Part shown: positions 1 to 11,745 of the stretch, in pieces
How the letters are laid out: each line of letters starts with the position of its first letter
How positions within the stretch are numbered: the first letter of the stretch is position 1
Assembly: GCF_006345805.1 (NCBI RefSeq)
Contig: NC_043002.1
Location: forward strand, 9,362,001-9,426,000
Length of the DNA: 64,000 nt
Origin: Octopus sinensis
Lineage: Eukaryota
Direction of reading: 5' to 3'
The notes under the pieces: model-generated
What the model was told of the DNA's origin: nothing
Seen by the model: the letters and a program-made list of their open reading frames with translations, nothing else
The model's database searches: none
Translations under genes and position numbers: made by a program

Positions 1-330
1 TATGGAAGTGCAAAAAGCTGACATCTACAGTAAGTCTTTTTTATACAAATTGTTCACCAGATATGGTATTACTGATACCGTTGTGTCTGATAATGGAACT
101 CAGTTTACTTCAAATGAGTTCAAAAATCTTTGTAAAACGTTCCTTATGTCATCACATATCATGCTGGGTCAAATGGACAAGCAGAGCCTTTTGTTGATAT
201 TTTAAAGAGGGCTTTAAAAAAAAGGCGAACAATGACATAATGGATGATTTAGCATTTCAACAATTTCTATGAGTGTACCTATGAATAACACCTAATCTGA
301 ATACCCCCATCTGGAATGTCACCTGTGGAA
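1..330 (+). mobile_element. Degenerate Ty3/Gypsy-type integrase fragment (truncated by window edge)
   Basis: LFTRYGITDTVVSDNGTQFTSNEFK (rve core, DNG motif), then frameshifted NGQAEPFVDILKRALKK and ITPNxxTPSGMSP-like segments. Confidence 0.75.
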
Positions 331-559
331 TTAACCCTTTCGTTACCAACCCGGCTGAAACCGGCTTTGGCTCTGGGTACAAATGTCTTGTTTTCATAAG
401 TTTTAAATTAAAGTCTTCCACCAAACCTTAGTCACAATTTATGTTCCTAACACCAGCTGAATGATAACTAAGTTATTTTACTAAATTCTTTGTTATATTT
501 TAAATTAATTGAAAGAAACACAGAACATCTCAAAATAAATACAGTAACGAAAGGGTTAA
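331..559. mobile_element. piggyBac-type MITE, family A (221 bp plus TTAA TSDs)
   Basis: TTAA-CCCTTTCGTTAC ... GTAACGAAAGGG-TTAA; an inverted copy lies at 54133-54360. Confidence 0.9.
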
Positions 560-1140
560 TGTTTGCTAGAAAGATTAGATCTGTCTTTAACAAGTTGATA
601 CCGAGTAAAAACAGAAAAATGGTGAACAACAAATATACTCCAAAACAGTTCAAGTAGCATGGCAAAGGTTTTTTTAAAATTGTACAGATATGATAAAGAA
701 AGCTGGGGGGGGGGGGGGACGTTGTAATTATTAAACAAATTGAAAAAATGTTATTCCTGGTAAAAGGAAAAAAATTTTGAACATTTTTGAACAGCAGTGC
801 ACCAGCATGGCCACAGCTCTGAGCTGAAACTACAGAAAAAAAAATAATAAAAGACATAAACCAACTAAAAAAAAAGATGTATGGAAGAAACAGTCACAAG
901 AGATGAAATCACCATAGAAGTATTGTATGATGTGTTTGAGGCAGCAACACTCAAACAAATTGAAACTACAGGTTCAAGTAACAGAAAAAGGAAAGGAATG
1001 AAAATACTGGAATTCAATCCTAAGCATAAGAGATATTAAAACTCTGGACAGAGTTTGATTTTCAAAAAGGAAAGAAGTTATGGAAGGCTCATTCTCAAAT
1101 GTAGAAGGATCCTGATCACCAACACTGAAAGTGGACTAAT

Positions 1141-1460
1141 ATCATCATCATTTAATGTCGGTTTTCCATGCTAGCATGGGTTGGACGGTTCGACCGGGGT
1201 CTGGGAAGCCAGGAGGCTGCACCAGGCTCCAGTCTGATCTGGCAGTGTTTCTACAGCTGGATGCCCTTCCTAACGCCAACCACTCTGTGAGTGTAGTGGC
1301 TGCTTTTTACATGCCAGGGGAGGCTGGCAGCGGCCACGATCGGTTGGTGCTTTTTACGTGCCACCGGCACAGAAGCCAGTCAAAGTGGCGCTGGCATCGA
1401 CCACGTACGGATGGTGCTTTTTACGTGCCACCGGCACAGGTATCACAACTACAATTTCCA
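1141..1460 (-). mobile_element. 5'-truncated RTE LINE 3' end
   Basis: Reverse complement of the 3' UTR and (GAT)n tail of the ORF-bearing copy at 59850-60945. Confidence 0.85.
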
Positions 1461-1599
1461 TTTGATATTTATTTTGATAAGAAGTGTCGAGTTGATAGTT
1501 GGCAGTCAACAGCATTGATCGTTGGTATTAGATTACTGTGTTCGTTTAAATTCACACCTACATTTGGCATAGTATGTGGTACGTTCTGCATGAACATAT

Positions 1600-1980
1600 T
1601 AACTCTGTGAAAGGTTATCCTAGATAACCATATCCAAATATTTATTTAGGTAATACTGTTCCTACACCCTTGTGCACACCCCAACGTTGTCATAACATTA
1701 ATGGCGATGAGATATTCAAACCCTGTGACATACACTACAACACCAGTCATTGGGTTTGACACCCTTTTATATGCCTTGTTGACACCATTTCTTTAAAAAT
1801 TAAGGTACAAACTTCTTTTCAAACGTTGAAAAAAACCATGTGGTCTAAACAATTTAACAGTGTTTATACTTGAATAAAGGCGGGAAAGGCTTTATCTCAC
1901 ATTATCTCAAAGTTATGAGAATTCGATAATGTAATTTGTTTATTTTTTAGCGATTTCATAGAGCAGTTGGATACAGCCGG
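1600..1980 (-). mobile_element. Internally deleted piggyBac derivative, family B
   Basis: 1770-1975 is an inverted near-copy of 6436-6636 (leader plus ATGGTGTCA start), followed by a Cys-rich WCCSVCHRV-like C-terminal remnant; left boundary uncertain. Confidence 0.55.
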
Positions 1981-2160
1981 AGTTATTCTGAGCATCTCTG
2001 CAACTATCCCTGATGGACCCTTGATGTTCTCCCTGTTCTTAATTGCTTTATCTATCAGACTGCTATCAACTTCAATTGCTGATACATTTATAGGGTCAGC
2101 AGAAAGTGACTCTTCCATATCTCATGGGTTCTCTATGTTCAACAGCCTCTCATAATAGCA
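1975..2160 (-). mobile_element. RTE LINE ORF2 fragment
   Basis: AIEVDSSLIDKAIK...GPSGIVAEML, the typical pre-RT GPxGI motif. Confidence 0.55.
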
Positions 2161-2549
2161 CTTATCCATTTGCCAGTTGAGAGATCTAAGGTATAGCAGG
2201 GGCGGCGGATAAGGTGTCTTGCTGTATCATAGATACATGGACACCTCAGTTGGAAAACAAAGGGGAGTGAGTTAGAGAGCAAGACAAAGAAAGTGATAGT
2301 GAAAGAGATGATGGCAAAGATGTGTCAGAATATGTCCTTGAGGGACTGTGTCATTCCAGTGATGAGAATAGGTGTGTTGATATAGGGGCTTGGGCTGGGT
2401 GAGTGGGCAGGATGAGGTGACTGTAGAAAATGATGGAGAGAAATATAAAACTAGTTTGCAAACTTACAAACTCAAAAATAAAAATTGACACCGTCAATTT
2501 ATAATATTTATTGCTGAAACAAAAGTCATTTACGCTAAAGTTGACTTAC

Positions 2550-3987
2550 CTTTTACGCTTGTATGGAGATTTAGGCATATCAGCTGTAGGAATTAACTGT
2601 TCCCCAGGACGTGACCACAAAATTGGGCCGTCATTACTTTCTCGCCTGTCTTTCATCTTTACTGAAGCTAATTCTCCCCATGGCATTGTAACTCGGAGAA
2701 ATGGGCTTTCTTCCAGCATGTCTAAAAATTCAGGGAAATAATCTCCAACTTCTTCATGCACAGTGCCAACGAGGCTGAGCTGAAGGAGTGGTCCCGTCCG
2801 CACAGTTCCATTTTCGTATGTTTTATATACCATATCGCAATAGGCTGCCATGGATTTGGTTTCAATATCAGATTTTCCCAGCACACCTGTTTTCACAGTT
2901 AGATTTGAATAATCAGATGCAAAATACTCCAAAAAATCAGGCATATATGCAGCTGCATTATGGACAATGCCCATGACACAGTTAGAAACCCCCTCTGATT
3001 CTTCATCAAAGACAACATGAAAAAATTCTTTTGTGAATTCAAGCATTTGTTCTGAAGACAGCTTATCGAGCTCTTCTTGGTAGGAATGCAGTACCATGGC
3101 TCCACCATTGGTGTAATATTCAAAATGCATGTAATCACGGTATTTCAAGACTTCAGTAGGCTCATCACTATTTTCTACGGTAACTGGAGGAGGCTCCGTT
3201 TTTAGAGCTTTAATAGTGTGATCAAAATCGGTAGAAAGAGAGATCTTTAGGTCATTCAAGCTGTGCATAGTAGATTTAGGTCTAGTTTCTTTGTTTGTCT
3301 GTGTCCCTTTGCTAGACATAGAACGTCGACTGTGACACTCTAGTTTCTGGGCAACTTCAGCCTTTCGGTCAGCATGTAAAGAAGAATGTTCTCTCCGCAA
3401 TGAGTCTTTATCATGGTGGTTACTAGAAAGTTTTAAGGAGACTTGAACAGATTTGTTCTCCGTTCGCCGCCGAAGATTTACTTGGACACCACAGTTACTA
3501 ACAATCCTTTTCTTTGGGGGTGGTTTTGCATGGGCCACACATGAAGAATTTCCGTTAACTCGCTTTGAAGCAGCTTCGTCAGTTGTGTCTTTCTTTTTGA
3601 TGTTTTCTTTTTCAGAGGTATGAATATGTTGCTTGAAGTTGGAGGATTTCTCAAACTGAGACTCACACTTATGGTGGTGGTGATGAGGATGTATGTTATG
3701 ATGATGATGGTGATGCTGAGAATGATGATGAGAATGATGATGATGATGTTTTCGTTTATCTTTGTCTCCAGATATAAAAGATGGTATTTCCTGATTTCCA
3801 GAGACACTACTTTCACTATGACCAGCCTTTGATTTCTTCACGCACATACCGTGTGCCTTTTGAGAACCACCACTACTGCTACTACACGACTCAGTTTTCA
3901 TTGTTTTAGCTTTTTCTTTCTTTTTGAGATTTACTATTGGTGTCTGTGAACATGATTTAGCATCTTGGATTGGTGATTCATGAAGAT
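2550..3987 (-). CDS. RSBN1: RSBN1/RSBN1L-family protein (DPY-21-related putative H4K20 demethylase), coding exon 2, 1438 nt, phase 1 to phase 2
   Basis: Acceptor tctctttacag|AT at 3988/3987 and donor AG|gtaagt at 2550/2549. Protein has the family block KYRDYMHFEYYTNGGAMVLH...GPILWSRPGEQLIPTADMPKSPYKRKR, a His tract and basic NLS-like runs. The catalytic HxD region is expected in later exons, not found in the window. Confidence 0.9.
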
Positions 3988-4254
3988 CTGTAAAGAGAAG
4001 AAGAAAAAAAGTCAACAAAAATACATTGAAAAGAATTATCTAATACTTAACAAATTAACTGCACACTTAATTTTACTCCAAACTTTATTTAAAAAAAAAC
4101 ATTTTTGCTGTTTAGTTCGAGGTCAGCCCTAAATGAACAACCTTATGATCAAACGTGTTATCCAGTGTAATTGTGTAATTTAAGGAAAAAAAATGTAGCT
4201 GCTATTTCGTGCAAGTTGAATGACTGCATAAAGGTTCCTTTCTTAGTTCACGTA

Positions 4255-4258
4255 TCTT

Positions 4259-4297
<39 letters not shown>

Positions 4298-4653
4298 GGC
4301 AAAATGTCTGTCTCTGTGTGTGCATATCCTTTATACAAATCCACAATTTTTCAGTTAGAGGGCTCGCACTTTCTATGGTCATTCAAAACCGTCCAAGGGT
4401 GGTCGTGCACATCTTTACATTTCCCCAGTCACCCCGCAAAACCATTACAAAAATCAATAGAAGTGACTTTTTTGTGAATTTTCTATCCAAAACCCAATCA
4501 AAATGGCTGAAACCTGATACACCAATTGAATGCCAGCTAGCTGTATATGATTGGTTGGAGATTTGGACAGTACTCACGTGTATGTGCGCATGCACGCAGC
4601 TGTATATGCATGCACTAGCACTATGACCCAGCGTTGCCGGGTCATAGAGCTAG
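4255..4653 (+). mobile_element. Non-autonomous Helitron
   Basis: A|TC 5' end followed by (TA)n; 3' hairpin CTATGACCC...GGGTCATAG then CTAG|T; inverted sibling at 16890-17235. Confidence 0.85.
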
Positions 4654-5139
4654 TATGTATATATATAAGATCAGCAACAATTTAGATTCAAATGAATATG
4701 GTATTTAATTTAGATGCACCAGAATTTTGTATGGTGTTCCCCATAAAAATTTGTGGGGTGATTATAATCAAGAATAAGCAACAATATATATATACACACA
4801 CACACAACAAAAAAAAGAAAAAAATACAATGAAATTATATTCTATGTTATAGAATTATCACAAAATAGATTACATATTCACATAAAATATTAAATGTAGA
4901 AAAGTTGAATCAAAAATATCTTTAAAAAAGGTACTTTCAAAATATATAAATAGTAACAAATATTTAAAACAGTTAAAATAAACTAAATGCTATTCATTGT
5001 AAAGAAGTATTGTGTTGGTATTTTTTTTTTAATATATAGTAGAATCTTGCAGTTATGAGTGCACCATTGTTGAGTAATTTGCTGCACGAGCAAGGCTTGT
5101 GTGAATTTTTATCTCGAGGTATGAGCAGAAATCTGCAGT

Positions 5140-6381
5140 GTGAGTGAGTTTCATATAAGCGACCACTAGTCAGAGCTGATCTTGCACACACACTTCCAAC
5201 AAGCGCAGTCTCTGCTCGCTCAGTTCATGTGGTTATCTTGTTGTAGCAGCATCCCAGAGATTTTTAAAAGTTTTGTGCGAATTTGCTATTACTTTATAAT
5301 AATCAGTTGTGTTAGCCATGGGTCCTAAGAAGATTAGTGCAAAGGAGTGTTCAGAAGAAAAAGCGGATTCGGTGGCATGTAAAAAGCACCATCCGAATGT
5401 GGCCGATGCCAGCGCCGCCTTGATTGGCTTCCATGCCGGTGGCACGTAAAAAGCACCAACCGATCATGGCTGTTGCCAGTGGCACGTAAAGAGCACCCAC
5501 TACACTCATGGAGTGGTTGGCGTTAGGAAGGGCATCCAGCTGTAGAAACTCTGCCAGATCAGACTGGAGCCTGGTGCAGCCTTCTGGCTTCCCAGACCCT
5601 GGTCGAACCGTCCAACCCATGCTAGCATGGAAAACGGACGTTAAACGATGATGATGATATAATTGAAGAAAGAAATCATTGATAAACACAAGAAAGGAGT
5701 GTGTGTGTGTGTGTGTGTGTGTGTAGTGGACATAGCACATCAACGATCTGTACCATGCAGAAGGAAAAGGATGAGATCAAGGCTGTTACAATAGCAAAGG
5801 TTGTCTCCAGGCTCTCTAAGCAATGTACATCTGTCCACAAAGAGATGGACAAATTGCTTCTCCTGTGAATCAACAAGAAGCAACTTGCAGGGGATTATGA
5901 TTACAGAGACAATCATCTGCGAGAAAGCCCGAGTGCTCTACCAGTATTTCCTAAAGCAGAACCCTGGAACATCGACAGAGGAGACATTAGCAGATGCATT
6001 TGAAACAAGTCATGGCTAGTTTGATAATTTCAAGAGGACTGGTGTTCACAGTGTCATCAGGTATGGAGAGGCAGCGAGTTCTGACACGAAGGCAGGTGAG
6101 GATTTCGTGCGTGAATTCCATCAGCTCATCGCAACCAAGGGGTTCTTCGTACAACAGGTATTCAGCTGTGATGAAACTGGCTTTTTCTGGAAAAAAAAAA
6201 AAGGCCCAGAAAAACCTCCATAAATGCCGAGAAGAAAATACCAGGCTACAAACCTATGAAAGATAGGCTAACACTTGTACTTTGTGCCAATGCGAGTGGA
6301 GACTTGAGATTAAGCCACTCCTTATCTACCATTCCAAAAACCCACGAGCATTCAAGTTACAGATCATGTGGAGGACAAACA
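5140..6381 (+). mobile_element. Tigger/pogo transposase remnant, interrupted by an RTE and truncated by a piggyBac insertion
   Basis: MGPKKISAKE, KKEIIDKH, ICEKARVLY, SHGWFDNFK, VFSCDETGFFWKK, KDRLTLVLCANASGD in shifting frames. Confidence 0.85.
5371..5660 (+). mobile_element. 5'-truncated RTE LINE 3' end
   Basis: GGCACGTAAAAAGCACC subunits, GGAAGGGCATCCAGCTG, CCATGCTAGCATGG, (GAT)n tail. Confidence 0.85.
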
Positions 6382-7080
6382 TTAACCCTTTAGTGTTCAA
6401 GCCAGCTGTATCCGGCCAAAATGTTCAAGCTGGCCGTATCCAACTGCTCTATGAAATTGCTAAAAAGATAAACAAATCACATTATCGAATTCTCATAACT
6501 TTGAGATAATGTGAGATAAAGCCTTTCCCGCCTTTATTCAAGTATAAACACTGTGAAATTGTTTAGACCACATGGTTTTTTTTCAACGTTTGAAGAGAAG
6601 TCTGTACCTTAGTTTTTAAAGAAATGGTGTCAGCAAGTAGTGATTCTGACTTTGAAGGTTTTACTCTTGACGATATAGAAAATATAAACGAAAACAAAAG
6701 TATTTTGTCTTCAGATGAATCTGATATCGATATTAGTGATTATTCAAACGAGGAAGATTTTGAGAAGTGATAAAAATGATATTGTAACCATGGCAACATG
6801 GTCAAAGATTACAACACCAATCACTATTCCTGACTTCACAGAAAACACTGGTCCACAACACAATTTACCTCCTGATGCTCAACCATTGGACTATTTTTGT
6901 TTTTACCAGAAAGTTGTTTTGAAAATGTTGTGGGGGAAACAAACAAATATGCACAACGTTTAATTTCTGTTCGTGGAAGAAACGATCCACTATGGCAGCC
7001 AACTTATACTGCGGAAATGAGAGCGTTTTCCACAATTAATATTATGTTTGGTGTTAAACAGATATATTGGAGAAAAGAAC
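6382..7080 (+). mobile_element. piggyBac (PGBD-type) 5' part, family B
   Basis: TTAA-CCCTTTAG start; acidic N-terminus MVSASSDSDFEGF; PDFTENTGP..QPLDYF; VVGETNKYA; EMRAF..IMFGV. Confidence 0.8.
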
Positions 7081-7265
7081 AGAACATTTAACATCTAAGT
7101 CTTTCTCAAAACTTGAATCAAAATGAGCAAGAGCTTTTCTTTACTCTTTTCTATTAAATTATGACCTAAAACTGCACCTGACACAGTTGCAGCACATCAT
7201 CAATATTGCACTTTATCTCAAAAGTCCAAAAACTTAACTCTCACACGAAGCTGTGTACAAAAATA

Positions 7266-7487
7266 TATTTCTTTACTACCCACAAGGGGCTAAACACAGA
7301 GGGGACAAACAAACGGATTAAGTCGATTACATAGACCCCAGTGCATAACTGGTACTTAATTTATCGACCCCCGAAAGGATGAAAGGCAAAGTCAACCTCG
7401 GCGGAATTTGAACTCGGAACGTAATGACAGACGAAATACGGCTACGCATTTCACCCGGTGTGCTAACGTTTCTGCCAGCTTGCCACC
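7266..7487 (-). mobile_element. tRNA-head SINE with a Sauria/MetaSINE-like core (partial copy at ~8008-8095)
   Basis: Core GACTTTGCCTTTCATCCTTTCGGGGTCGATAAATTAAGTACCAG, shared with 14204-14425. Confidence 0.75.
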
Positions 7488-8099
7488 TGTGTATAAAAAT
7501 ATATGACAAGAATGGCAAGATTACTGCAGAGTGTCTTTATTGCTATAGAGTATATCTCCTGAACCGTTAGATGAAAACTAAATCTTCAGTAATGCCAAAA
7601 TATTTTATCTTTTTATTTGTTTCAATCAAATGAATCGACCCCAGCACTTACATATTTAAGCCTAGTACTTGTACTATCAGCCTCTTTTCACCAAACCATT
7701 AAGTTACAGAGACATAAACACACCAACACTGGCTGCCAAGCAGTGGAACAAATAAACACAAAGACACACATAGTTATACACACACACACATACACTGAAC
7801 CGCAAAAGAAACGCGAGACGTGTGTGACTGTGAAATATGCTTTAATTTCATCAAAGTGCATCCAAGAAATTGGATGCACTTTGACCACAGTCTTTGGATT
7901 GTTGTCATGTATTCTGGTAGTTGGTGGATCCAGCATACCGAGATTGTAGGGCGTGACATGATCAAGACCATGTATGCCCTCCCTGGTTATTCAAAATGGC
8001 AATACATATTTCTTTACTACCCGCAATGGGCTAAACACAGAGAGGACAAACAAAGACAAACGGATTATATCGACCCCAGTGCGTAACTGGTACTTGTTG

Positions 8100-9200
8100 T
8101 TGGCCTTGGGACCACCTGGTTCAGCTGTCTCTGGATTTTACCCCACAGGTGTTCAATTGGGTTCAAATCTGGGCTGAGAGCCGGCCATGGCATGGTTCTG
8201 ATGTTGTGCCGATGCAGGAAGTTCATGGTGACCTTGGCTATGTGTGTGTGTGTGGGGGGGAGCATTGTCCTGCTGGAAGACATGGCTATGGTGATGTGTG
8301 AAGAAGGGCACAATGTGAGGTCTTAGGATCTGGTCAATGTAGCACTGTGCTGTGATGCCATTCCCTCTGCCTGCACCAACATTTTGTAACATATGGGGCC
8401 CAATTCTCTGATCCAGGCCTATAGCACCCCAACCCATGATGCTTTGATCACCCCATGCATCTATCTCCTTGACACATGTGTCTCTGTAGCATTCACCCCT
8501 CCTATGCCATGCCTTCACTCTGCCATCCAAAGTGGAAACGCAGTACCGGCTCTTGTCAAAGGAGACTATCAACCTGCACTGTTGATGTTGCCTATGTCAG
8601 TGCTGTGTAGCCCACTGTAGTTGTGCCTGATGGTGGTGGGTGGTGAGGATGCCCTCGAGCAGGACTATAGCAACACAGGTTGTTGGCAGCCAGTCAATGT
8701 CATACCATGTCGTTGCTGTCACACTGGCCGGTCTGAAGTGATCATGGAGGTATTGCAGGTGAATGAAGCAGGCCTGTCTGGGCGTGGTCACCTGGGGCCG
8801 CTCTCTGCAGTACTGTTGCAAGTGATTGATGGTGCTGATATGGACATTGTAAGCTTTTGCAACAACCAGGGCACGCTCCCCTGCTTGCAATTGGCCAATA
8901 GCTTGTTCTCTCTGCGCTAGTGACAATCGGGCCATACATGATGCGTCCAAATTATGAATGCCAGGAATGCAGTTCAACTTGATTTTTATACCTATAACCT
9001 GCATGAGATGCATGTGCATTTCTGTTTTCATGACAATTATTTGTGACTGCCACCCACAGCATTCGATGCAACTGCATTTTGGTGTCTTGTTTCAGGGAAA
9101 GTTGAAAGGTTACCCGCAATTTGGGTCCCAGCCATAAAACAGCATGTCTTGGAATATTTACCCTTACATCCTTATAAAATTGACACTTGAAAAAGTTGTG
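8100..9200 (-). mobile_element. Degenerate Tc1-family transposase
   Basis: MARLSLAQREQAIGQL HTH, SFDKSRY, FQQDNAPPH, WPALSPDLNPIEHLW; TIRs not confidently found. Confidence 0.85.
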
Positions 9201-9934
9201 TTTCTTTTGTTAACCAACAGAGGTAGGCGCTCTCTGAACTTTTCCCAGCCTATTTTTATTCCAGCAGCTATGCTCTCGAAGCATCCACCTCTACTAACTT
9301 GGTCAACCAGATAACAAAAGCTATCAACTACTTCTAGTTTTCTTTAATAAAGAATATTTTTGAAAAAGCCACAACATAGTTAAAGCTTTTAACTAAAAAA
9401 AAAATTTCCATATAAACAAGTGATTATTATTTTGTTTTAAATCTGACAAATAAACATCGATTAAAAAAGTATAATTATCATTAGTCCTCACAAAATGATT
9501 GGGCAAATCAATTTTGTACAAGGAAGAAGACCAAGTCTATCTCTTTAAGAATAGCTATACTTTTCCTTTATCTAGAGTTAAGATTTCTTTTCTTTATTTT
9601 TTCTACAAATTTAAAATAATAGTTCCTTTATTATTTTTAAAATTTGTAAAAATGTTTGTCTTCCTTGATGTAGAAACATCAGATTTGAAACAGTTGAAAT
9701 AAATCATGTCCAAAGTGAAAAGGTATCAGCGGATTTAGATGGTAAAATTACCATTTTAACCTTTTTTTTTTTCATTTTCCCAAGCTCAGTAAAATAGAAC
9801 AGATCTACAACATAGAATATTTTCACAAAGTTCTGATCAGTCACCTAACCGTAATTTAAGAGAAACCTATTTTTCAGGTGGGCAGACATGAAAGTATGGA
9901 CAGGCCTAGTTGATTGCGTCCCCAAAGTCCATCC

Positions 9935-10110
9935 CCTCCTCACCGTGGCAGGGACGCTGGCAACGGGTAGTGTCAGAGCTATGCTGTCAGGAACTTCGGT
10001 TCCTGGTAGGGGGCCACCCAAGGCGGATTGGTCTGACACCGAGTGGTATTAGGGCCACAACCCGGCAGAAGGGGTTCTGGTGAAAATCCTTGGAGTGTCT
10101 GTTTCGGCAA
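9935..10110 (+). mobile_element. RTE-clade LINE 5' UTR conserved motif (isolated or decayed element)
   Basis: GAGCTATGCTGTC...CCTGGTAGGGGGCCACCCAAGGCGGA resembles, from memory, Expander/Rex3 and BovB/BovA 5' ends; the downstream ORF is not recognisable with confidence. Confidence 0.55.
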
Positions 10111-11095
10111 CCGGCGGCTCCTCGGTCATTCTGTCCCTGCATCTGTGGACAATCTGCGGCAAACAGGATGTCTCTACATGCGGGATTGTTGGGGACCGCT
10201 TGTGAAATCCATATTCCCACGAAACTTCTTCCATGAACTCTCAATGGTGAATACTAGTTGATAGAGTAGAGTTCAACCAGAGCAGCAGTCAGTAATTTGT
10301 ATCTCGTTAAGGTCAAGATACTTAACTCTAAACGATCCAGTTCGCTTAGCTGAAAATAGATCCTTCAAGAGAGGAAAAACCTTCCACTGTATAATAGCAG
10401 TGTCATAATAAAATTAATGAGTTTCGATAGCATGTCATGCCGAATTGCACTCATGTGGCAATAACATGGAGAGCTGGGCTCTCAAAATGATTCCACAATG
10501 ATCTGCAAAACCATAGTATTTGTCAGACTAGTATAAATATAGGTATCTCTGTAGCCTAGAAAAATAAAAATAAATGAATAGGATAGCATCGAAGCCCAGT
10601 GAAATGAGCAGTAAAAGCTTTTATACAACAGTAAAAGATTTAATTTTCTTGATCGGGTTAAGATCCATGCAAAGAATTTCAAGACTGCTCAAAATTCTTT
10701 GCACAGACATTATAACCTGACTGTGAGAAAAAAAAATCTGTGCCTATGGTGGAATCGTAACTGTTGTTATTACTGTTATTTAGATATTTGTCAGGATGAA
10801 CAATGGGAACAATGCCACCTTTATTATATCAATGGGGGAGATGGAGGCTTCTCTCAGAAAGCTTTTTGTGATGCTAGTTGCATAATTTCCAAGTTATAGA
10901 GACCACTGGAACACCGATTCAATTCTGAGAAAGAGAATTCAGGCGAGGAGTCAATATCTTGTAAATATATCTGAAAATGCTGACATGTAATCAATCAACT
11001 TACTTGTATTCAACTAATTGGGCAGGTAAAAGTGACCTAAGAACAAGTAAAAACCAACAATAAGTGAAAAGCACATTTACAATGTAAAATCAAAT

Positions 11096-11567
11096 TCGAT
11101 GACTGGCGTCCATGCTAGCGGGGTGCAAAGAGCACCATACAAGTGTGATCATTGACAGAGCAGCTAACTGGCTTCCGTGCCAGTGGCACTTAAAAGGCAC
11201 CATTTGAGTGTGATCGTTACCAGCATCGCACTACTGGCACTCGAGTCCCGTGCTAGTAGAATATTAAGAGCACCATCCGAGCGTGATTGTTGACAGAGCA
11301 GCTATCTGGCCTCCAGCCAGTGGCATGTAAGAAACACCATTCGAGCGTGATCATTACTGGCATCGCCTTACTGGCCCCGTGCCGGTGGCACACAAAAAGC
11401 ACCCACTACACTCTCGGAGTGGTTGGCGTTAGGAAGGGCATCCAGCTGTAGAAACTGCCAGATAAAGATTGAAGCCTGGTGCAGCCATCTGGTTCGCCAG
11501 CCCTCAGTCAAAATCGTCCAACCCATGCTAGCATGGAAAGCGGACGTTAGACGATGATGATGATGAC
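11096..11567 (+). mobile_element. RTE LINE 3' end, subfamily with ACCATTCGAGCGTGATCG subunits
   Basis: Same terminal ~170 nt and (GAT)n tail; subunits shared with 62545-62960 and 17985-18615. Confidence 0.85.
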
Positions 11568-11745
11568 TAATGATCATTACATCATATCAGCAAATTTCAT
11601 CCAAGTCAGTTGAATCTATAGCAACATATTGAATGCCAAGAATTTAATAGAGCTGATAAACCAGGCATGTAGAAATTAGTACACAAAACCTTCACTTTAC
11701 GGTACTTCTGAGTCCTGCATTTTTAATTGGACTAATCATATTCAG

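Noticed and set aside
704-718. G homopolymer as a possible G-quadruplex
   Set aside because: A simple mononucleotide run with no functional context.
4171-4626. Similar ORFs at 4171-4626 and 16880-17149 suggesting a duplicated gene
   Set aside because: Both are chance frames in copies of the same non-autonomous Helitron.
10040-10060. GTGGTATTAGGGCCAC resembling the pistol ribozyme P1 hairpin
   Set aside because: No downstream CCCUAA pseudoknot partner or other pistol elements.
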